Shown in pieces: positions 28,165 to 40,555 of a stretch of DNA of 64,000 bases (its first letter is position 1; each line of letters opens with the position of its first letter). The DNA lies in NCBI GenBank assembly GCA_043228905.1, contig JBHGNT010000010.1:15252001-15316000 (forward strand), given 5' to 3'. The notes under the pieces were generated by a model. The model saw only the letters and a list, made by a program, of their open reading frames with translations. It searched no databases and was not told where the DNA came from. This DNA comes from Azolla caroliniana (taxonomy: Eukaryota > Plantae > Polypodiophyta). The position numbers and the translations under genes are program-made.

Positions 28165-29575
28165 TAGATGCAAAGAGATGGGTTGTTGCCCAAATGCCAT
28201 CACTTTTACTTGCATCTTGAAGGCATGTGGAATAGATATGGGGAAACAAATCCACCATGACATTATTCATATGAAATGCTTAAAAAGCATGTCGAGTTCG
28301 GCAATGTTTTGATGGATATGTATGCAAAATGCGGTGATCAAACATGGGAACAACAAGAAAGCTCTAAGCTATTTTGAAAATATGTAGAATTTGTTGGTGT
28401 TCCCCAATGAGAGCACATTTTCTTGTATGTTGAAAGTTTGTGGCATGCTTCGATCTAGAAACAAGGGAAGAGAGATACATGTTGACATTGTTAGAAGAGG
28501 GTTGTTGGAAATAGATACAATTTGTGGCAGTGCATTACTTCAAATGTATTCTGAATGTGATTTATTTGGTGAGGCACAAGAAACATTTAAAGCTTTAATA
28601 AATCCACTAGGAAGGGTAGGGAAATATAGGTCATGATTGAAAAAACAAGCCTCTTGAAACAAAATCCGGATATTGGAGCTGGAAATGCCTTGGTTAGCAA
28701 GATACATAAAACATGGTGTTGGTCTTGGTGAGGAAATATTTTGGCAGTGCATTACTACATATGTATTCTGAATGTGGTTTATTTGGTGAGGCACAATAAA
28801 TATTTTTAAAGCTTTGATAAATCCACTAGGAAGGGTAGGGAAATACATGTTATGATTGAAACAACAAGTCTCCTGAAAAACATTCCGGATACTAGAACTG
28901 GAAATGCCTTGGTTAGCAGGATACATGAAACATGGTGGTGGTCTTGATGAGGAAATATTGAACATTTTTGGGCATATGCAAGAAGAGGAGTATCTCCAGA
29001 TGTTATCATGTACACATGCATGTTAATAGCTTTTGGTAGGATTGGAGCCACGAGCAAGGGCAAGTCAATACATGCTGATATTGCAAGAAAAGGTCTGGTT
29101 GAGACAGATTGCATTGTTGGGGATGCCTTGGTTGATATGTATTCAAAATGTTTTGGTCGACTTATATGCAAAATGTGGTGAAGCCCATGAAGCATGGATT
29201 ATCGTCAAGGGTCTCTTTGCATAGGATATGTGTTATGAGAACACGAGCATGGTGAGGAAGCACTAAATCTCATGAATGATTTGAAAATAGGGTTTGGAAT
29301 ATGATAATGTAATGAGTAATAGGTTGATTGATATGTATGCAGAATTCCATTTCTTCGTATGGGATGGATGGAATGGATGTGGTGATAACAAAGAAATGAT
29401 TACTTGAAAAATAGAGTCTCTTGGACCACACTGATTTCAAGATATGTTGCCAATGGTGGGGGGAGGATGCTCTTATATGGCACTCATGTATGCATTTGGA
29501 AGGAAATATTCAATATGAGCAAGATGAAGAGACATTGAATCATTTTGGATCATTGTAATGCGATGATTGTGGAAA
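28165..29575 (+). pseudogene. PLS-class PPR pseudogene with an internal ~217-bp tandem duplication
   Basis: Fragments PNAITFTCILKACG, FGNVLMDMYAKCG, PNESTFSCMLKVCG..KGREIHVDIVRRGLLE..GSALLQMYSEC, VGDALVDMYSKC and NRLIDMYAE, with many stops and frameshifts. Duplicated block 28525-28741 / 28742-28959. Confidence 0.85.
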
Positions 29576-29576
29576 T

Positions 29577-31897
29577 TGTTGTTGCGGAAGCGAGATTAAG
29601 GACCTGTCAGTGAGTCTAGCAAACAACACACATAGTAAAGAAGATGAAAGTAGATAGTTCCACATATGTGTGTGTGTGTGCGCGCGCGCTCAAAGAATAC
29701 TATATTACATTAACCTTCAAACTCTTCTTTACAAGGTAAGTAACCCACTTATATAGTTAGGTTAACTATGCGTTCACACTAGTGATATAAGGTGGGCGGA
29801 GTGGAACTTTTATCCCAACAAACTCCCCCATAAAAGGACTACTCTGTCTACATACAACGATATGGGGTTATTTCCTCCGTAAGCTTAAATTACAACTTAG
29901 ATTTAAACTATAATGTATGTTACAAGCTAACCGGCTTTAGGTAGAGATGAAGTCGGCTTGTTCGAACTTCGGATGTTTGCCAAGTCGGCTGAAGTTCGAA
30001 TCGGATAGTACTCAATTCAACCTTTTACCTCTAAGCTGCCGGCTCTTCGCGTACGCTTTTTGAAGGATAGTTGATAATTGGTTTTCGGTTTCTTTGCACT
30101 CAACTGCATCTTCATCCTTTAGGCTGTCAAGTTCTTTCGACTTCGCTTGTTTGACTTGTTTGGCCGTGCCATTCATTGACTTACCTTATGCTTTCCTTTC
30201 GGCTCTTCTTGGCTTGCTTGCTTGTTGTAGTTCCATATGTCCTCTTACTATGTTAGAGCGTTGATCTGGGAGTGGTTTTGTCCGATTGTCGGTGATGTTC
30301 ACCTCGGTATCTACCTTTCAGACTTTGAGCTTCTTGGCAATGATGAACTCCCGAATGTGATGGTACCTCACCTCAATATGCTTCGTCTTAGCATGGTACA
30401 ATGGATTCTTTATGAGGTGTATTGTGCTTTGTGAGTTGCAATATAGGGTTGGCGCCGGATGGTCGATTCGACTTTTGGCCGAAAAATCAGCCGATAGCCG
30501 GTGTAACCAGATGGCTTCCTTGGTTGCTTTCGATGCGCCTATATACTTGGCCTCTATTGTCAAGAGTGTCGTGCAATCTTGTAATTTCGACCTCCATGAT
30601 ATGGTGCCGCCGCCATAAGTAAAGACATAACTTGATGTCAACTTCCGATTGTCTTGATTGCCAGCATAGTAGGAGAATGTGAAGCATTTGACTTCGGTCT
30701 TCCTCGATTCTTGTCAATTTCCGTGATAAGGGCCTTCGGGTCGGTATTGGACTCTCGGTCCTTTCGACGAGAGTCTTCATTCAATAAGCTCGACTTCACT
30801 TGCTCTAGGGATAAGTGTTTCCCTTCCGGTCCTGCATTGCCCAATGTGACAACCAACGTTTCCCAGCTACTCGGATGGGATCCCAACAACAATAATGCTA
30901 ATACCTCGTCGACAAGAGGTACTTCTAGAGAGGTGGTTTGAGTTATCAGTCCTTGGAAGGCATTAATGTGCTCCACCATGCTGGAGCCATCCTAATACCT
31001 CAGTTTCACCATCTTCCAGAAGACTAATGCTTTGTTTACGATGTTTTTGTTTTCGAACATGACGTCGATCTTCTTCCACAGGACATCCGCTTCTGTTTCT
31101 TCACCAAAGTTATTGTACAGACTCACCTTTATAAAACACCTTACGTATGTTGTTGCCTTCAAATGCAACACTTCCCAAGTCGATGCATCGATCTTGTCTG
31201 GCCTTTTATCTCCGAACTGCATCGGCAGCCAGAGGTCTTTGCACATGAGCATGTCCCGCATCTTCGACTTCCACATCGAATAGTTGGAGTTGGTAAGTTT
31301 GAACATGTCGCCGAATGAGTCTTCCAATAGCTCTGATACCACTTGTTAGGATCAGAACCGGCCACAACTGGTTACTCATACGTATGTTTGGGTGCAAAGA
31401 ATCGACAATGACAGTGCACAGATAGAATAACAGAATAACGGAAAAACAACTCAGAAACGAGACACCGATATTTAACGTGGAAACCCAGAAAAGGGAAAAA
31501 ATCGCGGGAGTCCTTGAACTCCAAACTAGATCACTATAAGGGGAGGAGTAAAACAAGAAGCTCCAAGGCAATAACCTTAAGCTCTCCTTCGTCAGTCAGA
31601 TGGCTGTAGAGGTACTCACTCTCACTCTCACTCTCACTCTTACACAGTTACTGAGGCAACTATCTTTTCTGTAACTATACAACTACAATGATCAACACAC
31701 ACTCCTAAAGTTTTCCCTAGTTGTATATATACTCATATACATAGCAGACTATTTACAAATATAGCCTCAATGGGCACATCTAGACTATTTACAAATATAG
31801 CCTCTTGAATTGGTTATATAATCGATTTTCAATTTCCCATGTTTCTTTGATTTGGTTTATTCCCTCCTTCCCATCTAGAGGGACTTGTTATACAACA
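29577..31897 (-). mobile_element. Internally deleted or chimeric Ty1/Copia element
   Basis: 5' LTR 31344-31897 (TG..CA) and PBS(Met) TGGTATCAGAGC at 31330-31341. Gag (MFKLTNSNYSMWKSKMRDML; LALLLLGSHPSSWETLV) is joined directly to RNase H (SWRSKLQDCTTL..TKHIEVRYH). PPT at about 29821-29830 and a putative 3' LTR at about 29577-29820 that does not match the 5' LTR. Confidence 0.8.
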
Positions 31898-34080
31898 CTT
31901 TTACATTGTAGGTTAATCACTAGAACTTTCAAGAAACTTCTAGAGAATGCATCTTCATCCAGAGCCTACATCATTGTCGCAAGCCATCACGCAACCAGTT
32001 TGTTGTGACAATCGGTTGTTTGAGCTTCGTCAAGATGAGCGAACAACTTCAAGGTGGCAACCCTCTTTGAGATTTCCTCCATTGTCATCTTACGATGACC
32101 CCATGCTGATGGAAATTGATCGAGCTCCAGCCCTGCCTCTCACCGAGGTTGACCGAAGATATCGCCGATCCCATGGACTATGTTTATATTGTGGTGCATC
32201 TACCCATCTAATTCGTTTTTGTCCAGTCAACAATAATCAAAGACAATTATCTACAAACAATACGACTAGATGGCCCCAACAACCGGAAAACGACGATGTC
32301 CAACTACAGTAGGAGCCATGTGGTTGGACAATCCGCATTCATGTTGCTCCCATAGTTCAGCTACATCTATAGAAGATTTCTCCTTCTTGGTAAGCCTCCA
32401 TTTCAAGTCTATTTCAATTAAGTCCTTAGCACTTCTCGATTCCGGGGCAACAACGTGTTTTATGGACAAAATGTTCGTTCATAAACACAAATTTCCGGTT
32501 GTTCGATTGGCCAAGACAATCCTAGTGGAAGCTATCGATGGACGCATGTTGTCTTTTGGAGCAGTCACCGAAGCCACTATCCCACTTATCTTACAACTCG
32601 AAGACCACCAGGAGGTCTTAACAGTTTACGTTATCACTTCACCGCGACATCCAGTCATACTTGGTTTGTCCTGGTTGAAGGCACAGAATCCAATTGTCAA
32701 TTGGCGCCACAACTCGATTACTTTCTCATAAACCAGGTCAGAGGTGCAAGCAATATCTCATGTTGCAACAACAATATGGCACAAATCGGTTTCAGGCGCT
32801 TACCCTTCCATTAAATCAGGAATCAGTTCCAAGGCGGATGCTCATGTCCCAATCACAACGAAGAAAATAGTGCATAGTGCCTCTGAGTCGAGCAATCCAA
32901 TGAAGACAACTACCGACTCACTGTCGTCGAAGTATAAAGACTTCGGGGATGTGTTTGAGAAAAAGAATGATGATCGCTTGCCCAAGCATCGACCCTATGA
33001 CTGTCCGATTGATCTACAAGAAGGTGTCAGTCCTCCCTTCAACCCAATTTATGGGTTGTCAGAACCAAAAATCCATGCCCTCCGAACTTTTCTCGACAAG
33101 AACCTTGAAAAGGGTTTTATTCAACCCTCAAAATCACCAGGAAGAGCTCGTATTTTTTTCGTGAAAAAGAAAGATGGCTCCTACGCCTTTGCGTCGACTA
33201 TCGGGGTCTAAACAAGATTACCGTTCACAACCAATACCCACTGCCACTCATCCCACGGGTGTATCTGACTTTGAATTGGTTGACCTACGGGGAGCATACA
33301 ATTTGGTATGGATCAAACCTAGATATGAATGGAAAACCACCTTTAGAACGCGCTACGGTCATCTCGAGTATAAGGTAATGCCTTTCGGCCTCACTAATGC
33401 TCTTGTGTATTTTCGCATATGATGAATGACATCTTCTGAGAATATCTAGATCACGTTGTTGTGATCTATCTGTATGATATCTTGGTCTTCTCGTCAAACA
33501 TCAAGGAGCATACTCAACATGTCAGGTTAGTCCTCGCCAAACTTCGAGAGCATGAACTCTATGCTAAATGTAAAAAATGTGAATTTGATCGTACTTCTGT
33601 AGAGTTTCTTGGGTATGTCATCGCGACATAGGGAATCACGATGGACACGCGAACCAAATATACTTTTCTACCACACGAACTTTGTCTTATCCCACCAATT
33701 TGAGTTTGAGCTCACTCCGAAGGATGAAGCCTACGTCCAATAGTCCCAGAGTTTGTTAAAGCCTAACCAATTCTACAACTTTGTGACTTGCTTGCTTCGG
33801 GACGAATCTTTGCTCAAGCAAATAGCAGAAGCCACTACGACTGACAAGTTCGCCACAGAGGTCAAGGTAAGTATCACAAACCCCTCCCATGAACCCAAAA
33901 GGCCTGATTTAGCTCGTTTTATAATTTAGGATAACCTTTTGTTTCGAGATAATCTTTTGTATGTCCCAAACTGTCTGTGTCAGACTAGGGTGCTCCAAGA
34001 GTGTCACGATGATCCACTTGCTCGTCATTTTGGCATTGCGAAAACCTTGGAGTTGATATCTTGCGGGTTCTAGTGGCCGT

Positions 34081-34160
34081 TGTTGGTGACAAGGTCGTCA
34101 GTGCAGAAGAACAAACAACATCTGTGATGTTGAAGGACCTATGTATGAGAATGAAACAAG

Positions 34161-34191
<31 letters not shown>

Positions 34192-34394
34192 TAGGCACAA
34201 AGAAGCCGTTATATTTCTTAATAGCAACAATTACAAAATGACAACCAACCAACCTTTACTAAAGGTTACAAAGTCACTATATATAGTGACTATCCTAGGG
34301 CAATTGCCCTTTATGCTATTTACAGAAATAGCCCAAACTTGGGCTGTCCAAAAAGGACAGTGTGAATACGGCCATTATACACTTGTATTCGACA
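34081..34394 (-). repeat. 3' LTR of the Copia element
   Basis: About 96% identical to 39280-39593 and adjacent to the PPT. Confidence 0.95.
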
Positions 34395-37300
34395 CTCCCC
34401 CGTAATAGGCGTATACATGGGTTATACTAAAGTTACATGTATGTACAAGGTTGTCGGACAGATCGGTTTTGTTCGAGTCGGCAAGATTCGAAGACTGAAG
34501 CCCGAACCGGCCGGGTCGAGGTCGACTTGCCGACCCGGGCCGATCCTCAAAGAACCGATGTTTGTTGTCCGAAACCATCCTGTGTTGTGTGGTCAACTTT
34601 AACTAGACCGGTTTTTCGTTACGCCCATCTAGTGCCAAAGGGACCGGAAACGATCCGCCGAAAGACACTTGGTCATTCCATCTGCGACATTATCGGTTGT
34701 GGATATTTTCTCGAGACCGATTTTCCCTGAAATGACGCAGTCCCGAACGAAGTGATATCGAATGTCGATATTCTTGGAGGCGTTGTGGTGAACCGGATTC
34801 TTTGACAAAGCAACAACACCCTGACTGTCGTTGTAGACAACTAGAGCCGAGTCGAGGTCGACTTGTCGAAATGTGTGCGCCAGCCGACCGAGCCATAAAG
34901 CTTCTTTTGCCGCGTCGAACGCAACTACATATTCCGCTTCGGTCGTTGAGGTGGTTGTGCACTCCTGAAGTTTCGACTTCCACGAGATTGCTCCATTGCC
35001 GAATTTGAAACAATATCTGGTTGTTGATTTCCGACTGTCCACGCAGCCGGCGAAGTCCGAGTCGGTGTAACCGACTACGCTTGAGGTTGAGTTCGGGCCA
35101 AAAAGAATGGCGTGGTCTTTTGTGCCAGCTAGATATTTGAACACATGCTTGACTGTGTTCCAGTGCGATCGGCCTGAGTTGTGCATGAATCTGCTGACAA
35201 CTCCTACAGTGTGAGAAATATCAGGTCGTGTCGTGACCATCGCGTACATAAGGGAGCCGACTGCCGGTGCATACGGTACCCACTTCATATCTTCCCCCTC
35301 CGAACCGGATGTCGGGTAGTCTCATTGAGACAGTCGAAGGTTAATGGGGAGTGGGGTCGAAGCAAACTTGGCCGAGTGCATGTTGAAGTGTTCCAAGACA
35401 CGTCCGATGTAGTCGGTTTGAGACAAGAAAAGTTGTCATGTATCGCGATGCCGACTAATCTTCATACCAAGTATGTGTCTTGCTGGACCGAGGTCCTTCA
35501 TGGCAAACTTCAACCACAATTTCCGAATGAGTTCGGTGAGCTCTCCGGCATGTCGGCCAGAGAGTAGCATGTCGTCCACGTAAATGATGAGCAAGACAGG
35601 AGACCATTCTTGAGCTGTTTTGGTGAAGAGACAATGGTCCTCATCGCTCTTGGAGAAGCCAGCCGACTGGATGAAGTCGTCGAACTTCTTGTACCACTGT
35701 CGAGGTGCCTGTTTCAGGCCGTATAAACTCTTCCTGAGTCGGCACACTAGATATTCCTGGTCGGATGCCACAAAGCCTTTCTGCTGCTCCATATAGATTT
35801 CCTCCCGTATGTCACTATGGAGGAATGTCGTTTTTACATCTAGCTGAATCAGCTCCAAGTTGTCGTCGGCCATGACGCCGAGCATGAAACGAAGGGTTGT
35901 CATTTCCACCACTGGTGAAAAGATTTCGTCGAAGTCGATGCCATATTCTTGTCAAAATCCCTTCGCAACTAATCTGGCCTTGTACTTTGGGTTGGTCGAG
36001 TCAGACGTCTCTTTTAGTCGATAGACCCACTTACACGGAAGAGCACGTCAATTCTTCGGTAATTCAACCAAGTCCCAAGTCTCGTTTATGCGAATGGAGT
36101 GCATTTCCAACTCCATCACTAGATGCCAGGTGGCTGAGTCGGCAAATGCCGATGCTTCTTCGTAAGACGTCGGTTCGCCAGCGTTGGTAAAGAAAATTCC
36201 GGGAGAATACCTTTCCGGAGGTTGCGACAGTCTCTCGGATCTTCGAGGTATGACTGGATTGGTCGCACCGGGTATAGGTGTCGGATGGTCGGAAGCCGAT
36301 CCATTCGGCTGTGCCGAATCGGTGGATTCAGGATGAGAGGTGTCGGTTACCCGTGAAACTGATCTCATGTTGTGGGCTGGGTTTTCATGAATGGTTGGCA
36401 CTTCAGAAAATATTACCCTTCAGACTTCAATAGGCCTTTCGGCCGTTTTATGCATAGCCGACTCGTTGAACACGACATCCGAACATTAGACAATTTGTCT
36501 GTGCTCGGGATCCCAAAGTCGGTATCCGATCTCGTCGTCAGATCCATATCCAAGGAAGACGCATTTCCTTGATCTTGGTTCGAGTTTCCGGTGGTCGTCT
36601 TTCGGTATGAGGGCATACGCCTCGCAGCTAAAGATCCTCAGCTTGTCATAATTCGGCTTACTGTCGGTCCATGTTTCCTAATGTATTTTAATAAGTCCTA
36701 GAGGTCTACTTGGCGACATATTTATGATGTGAACAGTCCGGAGTGTTGGAGCATGGATACTATGCGTTCTTGAATCGTCCGATTCATGCGTTCTACAATT
36801 CCGTTCTGCTCCGGACTATAAGGTGTCGTATATTCACGTCGAATGTAGCGTTCCCGGCAAAATTTGACGAATTCTTCGGACTTGAATTCTCCTTCGTTGT
36901 CGGTTCGGAGACATTTCAGTTTTTGACCGGTCTGATTTTCGACCATTGCAAGCCATTCGGAGAAGATCGAGAACACTTGATCTTTGGTTTTAATGGGGTA
37001 AGCCCACACCTTCCGAGTCGAGTCGTCAATAAAACTAACGAAGTACGAAGCACTGTCGAGAGACTGATGTGGCATCGGGCCACAGAAGTTCGAGTGAACC
37101 AAATCGAGGGGACTCGATTCTCTTGGTGCTGATGTCGGGTGTGATGCTGCTACCTGTTTGTCGTACTGGCAATGCTCGCAGAATTGGTGATCTAAGAAGG
37201 AGAGCTTGGGGATGTAACCGGCTCTAGATAGGTGCGTTATGCCGGCCTTGCTGAGGTGTCCAAGTCGTCTGTGCCATAACGATGACATGGGGATATCAAC

Positions 37301-39279
37301 CAAAAATAAGTCACCCTCTTTGATTGTGACATTAAAGGGTACAAAGAGTGTACCTTTGGTCATCGAGCAAGCAGGAGGTTCCCTTTGTGGAGTGTCCACT
37401 GTCCACCCTCCTGATGAGAACCCGGCACGGATGCCGACTTCGTCAAGTTGTCCGACTGAGATCAAGGGACTTGAAAGCTCAGTAACGTGTCAGACGTTGT
37501 GTAGTACGAGTGTAGAGCCACTCGGAAGGTTGAGCTCTACAGTGCCGATTCCAATTATGGCAGAGTGTTGCGAGTTCCCGACTCGAACTGAGTCGGAGTG
37601 CCGGTCCGAGTACTGCTGAAACTGAGATCGGTGAGGTGTCACATGATACGATGCGCCTGAGTCTAGGAGCCATGTGCTCGATTCCTTAGTCGTAAGCAGA
37701 ACTTCTTATTCGACTGGGTTCTCTATGGACAGTATGTTCGGGTCGGTCATCAAAATTTCGGCTGAAGAGCCGACGTAGTTGACCTCCTCATGCCGCCTAC
37801 TCTTCAGATCCGCTCTCTGAGCTTTGTCGGTTTTTGCTTTGAGTGCTCGGCAGTCGGCTTTGATGTGTCCCGGTTTCTTGCAATAGTTGCAAATTCGGTT
37901 GTCCCGGGACTTGCTCTGGCTTCGCTAATTGTTCGGCAGTCTGGAAGAACTTCTTCCCCGATTGTTTGACCGGTCGGTCGAACCTTGTACTACGTAAGCT
38001 TCATCTACCAAGTCTTTGGCGAAAGACTTTCTCCGAGCTGCTTCAGTCAGGATTGCGCTCGTGACTTCGGAGTACTTAACGGCAGCTGTTGAAGCATTAC
38101 ACACGGTTGTAACGAAAGTTTCCCATGAAGAGGGGAGACTACGCATGAGTATCATTGCTCTGAGTTCATCCTCAATTGTTGTCCTCTAAGACGAGACTTG
38201 GGAGCTTATGCTTTCGTACGCGTTGAGGTGTGCCTGAACCGAATCAGATTCTTTCATCCGCAAGTTGTAGAGGCGCCGGAGCAGATACATCTTTGTTGCC
38301 GCGACCTTCTTTTCATAAGTTTCCGACAGTGTTTTCCAAAGTTCAAAAGTTGTCGTGCATGATTGCACTGTGAAGTACACTGACTCCGACAAGTGCATCT
38401 GAATCGTGGCGTGGACAATTCTGTCCAGCTTTAGCCACTCGTTTGCCTTGTATGCTTATGGAGGATTTTCATTCTCAATCGGGTCTATCTGACCCTTGAC
38501 TATGAGATAGTCCTGCATTTGTTCCTTCCAAAAGTTGAAGTTTGAACCGTCGAATCTCCTTAGACTCATCTCCGATGAGCCGGATGTTGATGTCATCTGC
38601 TTCGGTTTTGGTTGGTAAGACTCGGTTCGGAGTTGACTACGAACCTTAGTGGGGTGCAGCCAGTCGGCTCACCCAATATCGTTGTAGTCGGTTTTGAACC
38701 CGAGTCGGTTTGGTTTCAGATACTTGTTGCTAAACTTGCCCGGAGTGACTCTGGTAACTTGAGGGACAGAACCGGCTGGTCTTCCCGAATGTTGCCGAGT
38801 CAGAGTGAGCCCGGATAGCTTCCGATTGTATGCCGAATACCGATTACAAGAAACCGATTGTTTGGGCCGATTCTGCTTCGGGTGACTGCAATGATGAGAG
38901 GGACGGATCCAACTAATCCTCCCGAATGTCAATCAGCCGAATGAAGCACAAATTTGGTTGTTGCCAGGAGACCAATCTGCAGCGGGTGGTTACAACAAGC
39001 GAGTGAATAGCGTCCGGTGACCTATTCGGATGTCATTTAACCGAATGAAGCACGATTGGGTCGGGTGTTGCACAAGGAGCTTACCTCAAGTGGTTACAAT
39101 CACAGGAACAGAGTACAGCCGGCTAGCTTACTCCAATTAGTGATTTAACACAGTGAGATGCAAACTTCTTGTTTGTCTTCTCTCTTCTCTATTCTTCAAG
39201 AAGTTACAAAAACAGAATTTTGTGGTGTGTGATGATGGCCGGCAGCGGGTTGAAGAACCTCCAACACTCTGATACCAAA

Positions 39280-39359
39280 TGTTGGTGACAAGGTCATCAG
39301 TGCGGAAGAACAAACAACATCTGTGATGTTGAAGGACCTGTGTGTGAGAATGAAACAAG

Positions 39360-39390
<31 letters not shown>

Positions 39391-39593
39391 TAGCCACAAA
39401 GAAGTCGTTATATTTCTTAATAGCAACAGTTACAAAATGACAACCAACCAACCTTTACTAAAGGTTACAAAGTCACTATATATAGTGACTATCCTAGGGC
39501 AACTGCCCTTTATGCTATTTACAGAAATAGCCCAAACTTGGGTTGTCCAAAAAGGACAGTGTGAATACGGCAAATATACACTCGTATTCGACA
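39280..39593 (-). repeat. 5' LTR of the Copia element
   Basis: Adjacent to the PBS and matches 34081-34394. Confidence 0.95.
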
Positions 39594-40555
39594 GCCGCAA
39601 CCATGGAAATGGGTCAAAGAGTTCCTTAAGTCATGTGACGCTTGTGCTCGCTCCAAAGCATCTCATCATCGACCATATGGTCTCCTTCAACCTCTCCCAA
39701 TCCCCAAACGGCCTTGGGCCTCTCTTTCTATGTATTTCATCACTGACCTTTACTTTGTTGGTGGCTACAAGTCAGTGTTCGTCATGGTCGATCGCTTAAC
39801 CAAGATGACCCATTTTGCTCCATGTGTGAAAACCATTATCGGAGAGGGGACAACTGATTTGTTTTTCAAATATGTTGTTCGACTACATGGACTCCCAGAT
39901 GGACAAACGGAGCAGGTTAACCAAATCCTGGAACAATACTTGCGGTGCTCTCTTAGCTACCAACAAGACGACTGGGTTGACCTTCTCCAACTCGTCAAGT
40001 TCGCCTACAATTCTCTGCATGCATCTATGGCAGTTACTCCATTTTTCTCAAACTACGGTCTCCGCCTGACTTTGTCAATCCTTCTGCGGACGATCGGGCA
40101 CGTCTCTTGGAGGATGTACATCACGACCTTTCCTTGGAGCTCACCCTCGTAGGAGAATGCTACAAGGACCAAGCCAACCATCTTCGCTTAGATGCCCCCC
40201 CGATTCGAGGTAAGTGACCTTGTTTGGCTTCTCTGTTGCAATATTGCCACCACTTGTCCTTGTCTGAAGTTGTATTACAATATTCAACTTATTACATTGT
40301 AGGTTAATCACTAGAACTTTCAAGAAATTTCTAGAATGCATCTTCATGCACTCTTTAGAAGTTTTCTAGCTTACATGCGTACCTCCACATTCTTGTATAA
40401 ATACTCAAGTGCCCCTTGATTGGTGAACAACACCAGTTACGGAAGCATAATATCAGTTCTTGTTATCTTGTCTATTTTCTCTCTCACTTTCTTGTTCTCT
40501 TGCTTATGATCTCGCTCTCTCTTAGTATTTGGTCTCGTCCACCTGTCCGTGATAG

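Larger units (their letters stand above)
34081..39593 (-). mobile_element. Full-length Ty1/Copia LTR retrotransposon (Tnt1/Tork-like) with disrupted ORF
   Basis: 314-bp LTRs at 34081-34394 and 39280-39593 (TG..CA; I count 12 substitutions). TSD GCCGT/GCCGC, PBS(Met) 39267-39277, PPT 34395-34402. Gag from about 38596, CCHC knuckle, protease (WLLDSGASYH), integrase (SYFVSFIDDSTRKVW, TPYSPEQNG), RT (IYVDDMLL), RNase H (SWKSKLQ..IDIRYHF). Confidence 0.97.
31898..40555 (+). mobile_element. Decayed Ty3/Gypsy chromovirus-like (Tcn1-type) element, interrupted by a Copia
   Basis: Gag with CLYCGASTHLIRFC knuckle, protease ALLDSGATTCF, RT ([14 protein letters not shown]; DLRGAYNLV; [11 protein letters not shown]). 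Integrase HHCC is split at 34080/39594 (HDDPLARHFG...WP|QPWKWVKEFLKSCDAC), followed by DGQTEQVNQILEQYLRC. An LTR-like block TGTAGGTTAATCACTAGAACTTTCAAG occurs at both 31907 and 40298. Confidence 0.9.

Noticed and set aside
34061-34405. Duplicated ORF, also at 39323-39799
   Set aside because: Chance reading frame through the two LTR copies.
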